Part shown: positions 62,580 to 64,000 of the stretch, one piece after another
Position numbering within the stretch: the stretch's first letter is position 1
Layout of the letters: the number at the start of each line of letters is the position of its first letter
Origin: an uncultured Collinsella sp.
Lineage (GTDB): Bacteria > Actinomycetota > Coriobacteriia > Coriobacteriales > Coriobacteriaceae
Reading direction: 5' to 3'
Length of the DNA stretch: 64,000 nt
Assembly (NCBI GenBank): GCA_900550185.1
Contig: URRN01000001.1
Location: 2,602-66,601, forward strand
Notes under the pieces: model-generated
Database searches by the model: none
Seen by the model: only the letters and a program-made list of their open reading frames with translations
Told to the model about the DNA's origin: nothing
Position numbers and translations under genes: made by a program

Positions 62580-63243
62580 GACATACCCCGTTTACTACCT
62601 AGAGGATGCAATGAACAACCTTGGCGACTGCTTTGACTATGCCGTTAACGATTATGGGGCAGAAGGATCGGAAGTTGCTGAACTCTTTTGCCTGAGCGGC
62701 GTAGCCCGCGAGTTCGAACGCGGCAACGCATGGGTAGTGTCGGGAAAATCGGGCGTTGAGCTGTTCGCGCTCATTGCCGAAAGGTCCGGCTATCAATCAA
62801 GACCGATGCCAAATCGAACCTACCGATTCGAAAAGACACCGGAATATTGGACGGGCTGGATATTGGCATACCTTCAGTGGCGCCTAGGAGAGTCTTTCGA
62901 AGATTTGCTGCATGTCGTTCCATTCGATGTGTTGCGCGGGCTGTACTACCCCTGGCACGAAGCCTCGGAGGAACGCGTGGCTCGCCTCGTCTGCGATATG
63001 GCGAAAAAAGCGTCCAGGCAAACCAAACTTGCGTTAGCAAGAAAGAGGCTCAAGAAAACCCAACAAGATCTGGCATACGAATCGGGTGTGTCACTCCGCT
63101 CAATCCAAATGTACGAGCAGCGTCAGAGAAACATCAATGAAGCCTCGGTAACAAGCGTACGAGCCATAGCAAAAGCCCTCCACTGCAACATCGAGGACCT
63201 CCTAGAACCAGTCTTCGAATACAAAGAAACCAGCGCCGCCTAA
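62545..63243 (+). CDS. Protein with C-terminal XRE/cI-type HTH
   Basis: LALARKRLKKTQQDLAYESGVSLRSIQMYEQ..IAKALHCNIEDLL. Confidence 0.85.
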   Translation: MIQELTDCGPSRTYPVYYLEDAMNNLGDCFDYAVNDYGAEGSEVAELFCLSGVAREFERGNAWVVSGKSGVELFALIAERSGYQSRPMPNRTYRFEKTPEYWTGWILAYLQWRLGESFEDLLHVVPFDVLRGLYYPWHEASEERVARLVCDMAKKASRQTKLALARKRLKKTQQDLAYESGVSLRSIQMYEQRQRNINEASVTSVRAIAKALHCNIEDLLEPVFEYKETSAA

Positions 63244-63381
63244 ACCAAGCACACAGCCGATGCCCGCCTCTAGGAAGTGCTCCAGCCTAGCAAGAGCCCC
63301 TACCAATAAAAAGCCAAACTATCAGCCCGACGCCTTTCCAGAGCGTAGGTCCCTGTAGCCGCTGCCGGCGAAGTTAACATA

Positions 63382-63508
63382 GGGGAGGCCAGGGGGCTTT
63401 GCCCCCAAATCTTTCCGCAGGACGGCAGGACCCCCGCCGCACGAAGTGCGCAGCGGGGGTCCTGCCATGTCCGAGGACGATTTGGGGGCAAAGCCCCCTG
63501 GCCTCCCC
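63382..63508 (-). repeat. Structured 3' element, copy 3
   Basis: Reverse complement reads CGTCCTCGGACATGGCAGGACCCCCGCTGCGCACTTCGTGCGGCGGGGGTCCTGCCGTCCTGCGGAA inside a 30 bp perfect stem. Confidence 0.75.
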
Positions 63509-63529
63509 GGCGAGTATACGGGACGGCGA

Positions 63530-64000
63530 CTACAGGTATTCGATCTGGGCGCCTTCCGTGTCGCACGTCAGAATATGCGTATCACACTTAGGGAACTGCT
63601 CGCGCAGCTTGACCTGCAGGAATTTTGCCACGATGGTGTCGTCAGTCACGGCCATGAGGGTCGAGCCGGAGCCACTGATCCAGATGGTCTTGGCGCCTCC
63701 GTTAAGGCAGGTGTCGCGCACTGCGTTGTAGTCGGGGATGAGGCGGCGGCGATAGGGCTCCTGGATGCGGTCGTCGTTGGCGGCGGCAATCAGGTCAAGG
63801 TCGCCGGTCTCCAGGCCGCGCGTCATGCCGGCGATGCGGCCCATTTGCCATACGGCGGTGGAGAGTGGAATCTCCTGTGGCACAACCTTGCGGGCCTCGC
63901 TCGTATGCACCTCGTAGGGCGGAATCACGGTAATAAAACGCAGGCGATCGCTCACCTCGTAGCGCAGGCACTGGGGGAGCGAATCAGTCGGCGTAAAGGA
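63530..64000 (-). CDS. thrB: Homoserine kinase (5' end beyond window edge)
   Basis: TSEARKVVP, DRIQEPYR, ISGSGSTL. Confidence 0.85.
   Translation of the reverse strand, partial: SFTPTDSLPQCLRYEVSDRLRFITVIPPYEVHTSEARKVVPQEIPLSTAVWQMGRIAGMTRGLETGDLDLIAAANDDRIQEPYRRRLIPDYNAVRDTCLNGGAKTIWISGSGSTLMAVTDDTIVAKFLQVKLREQFPKCDTHILTCDTEGAQIEYL

Overview
High-GC chromosomal window, most likely from Collinsella or a related gut Coriobacteriia member (inferred from gene content and codon style). Left to right: a lactose/galactose region (two GH1 phospho-beta-galactosidases, lacE/lacF PTS, lacA-lacB-lacX-lacC, galK-galT, three LacI regulators each with three operator copies); a flavodiiron protein; an IS3-family element interrupted by an IS21-family element; a DeoR regulator with a class II tagatose-bisphosphate-type aldolase; a Nudix-Vsr fusion; a BceAB-like transporter. 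Next is a 4.6 kb lower-GC cassette (membrane LuxR regulator, permease-ATPase fusion, small secreted protein) bracketed by a 131 bp direct repeat that duplicates the aguR 3' end. Then come an agmatine deiminase operon without aguC, DAHP synthase, MarR with a heterodimeric ABC exporter, SDR-kdgT, a split pyruvate formate-lyase (catalytic body plus separate glycyl-radical subunit), a sucrose/fructan PTS locus, DegV, pflA, a frameshifted serine hydrolase, mtnN, engB, a DUF3990-XRE pair with lambda-like operators, and partial thrB. Intergenic DNA holds several unexplained repeat families, notably a covarying 3'-located structured element (3 copies) and a fixed-spacing four-box array (2 copies). No rRNA, tRNA or CRISPR array was recognised. 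All calls are by eye; no database searches were run.
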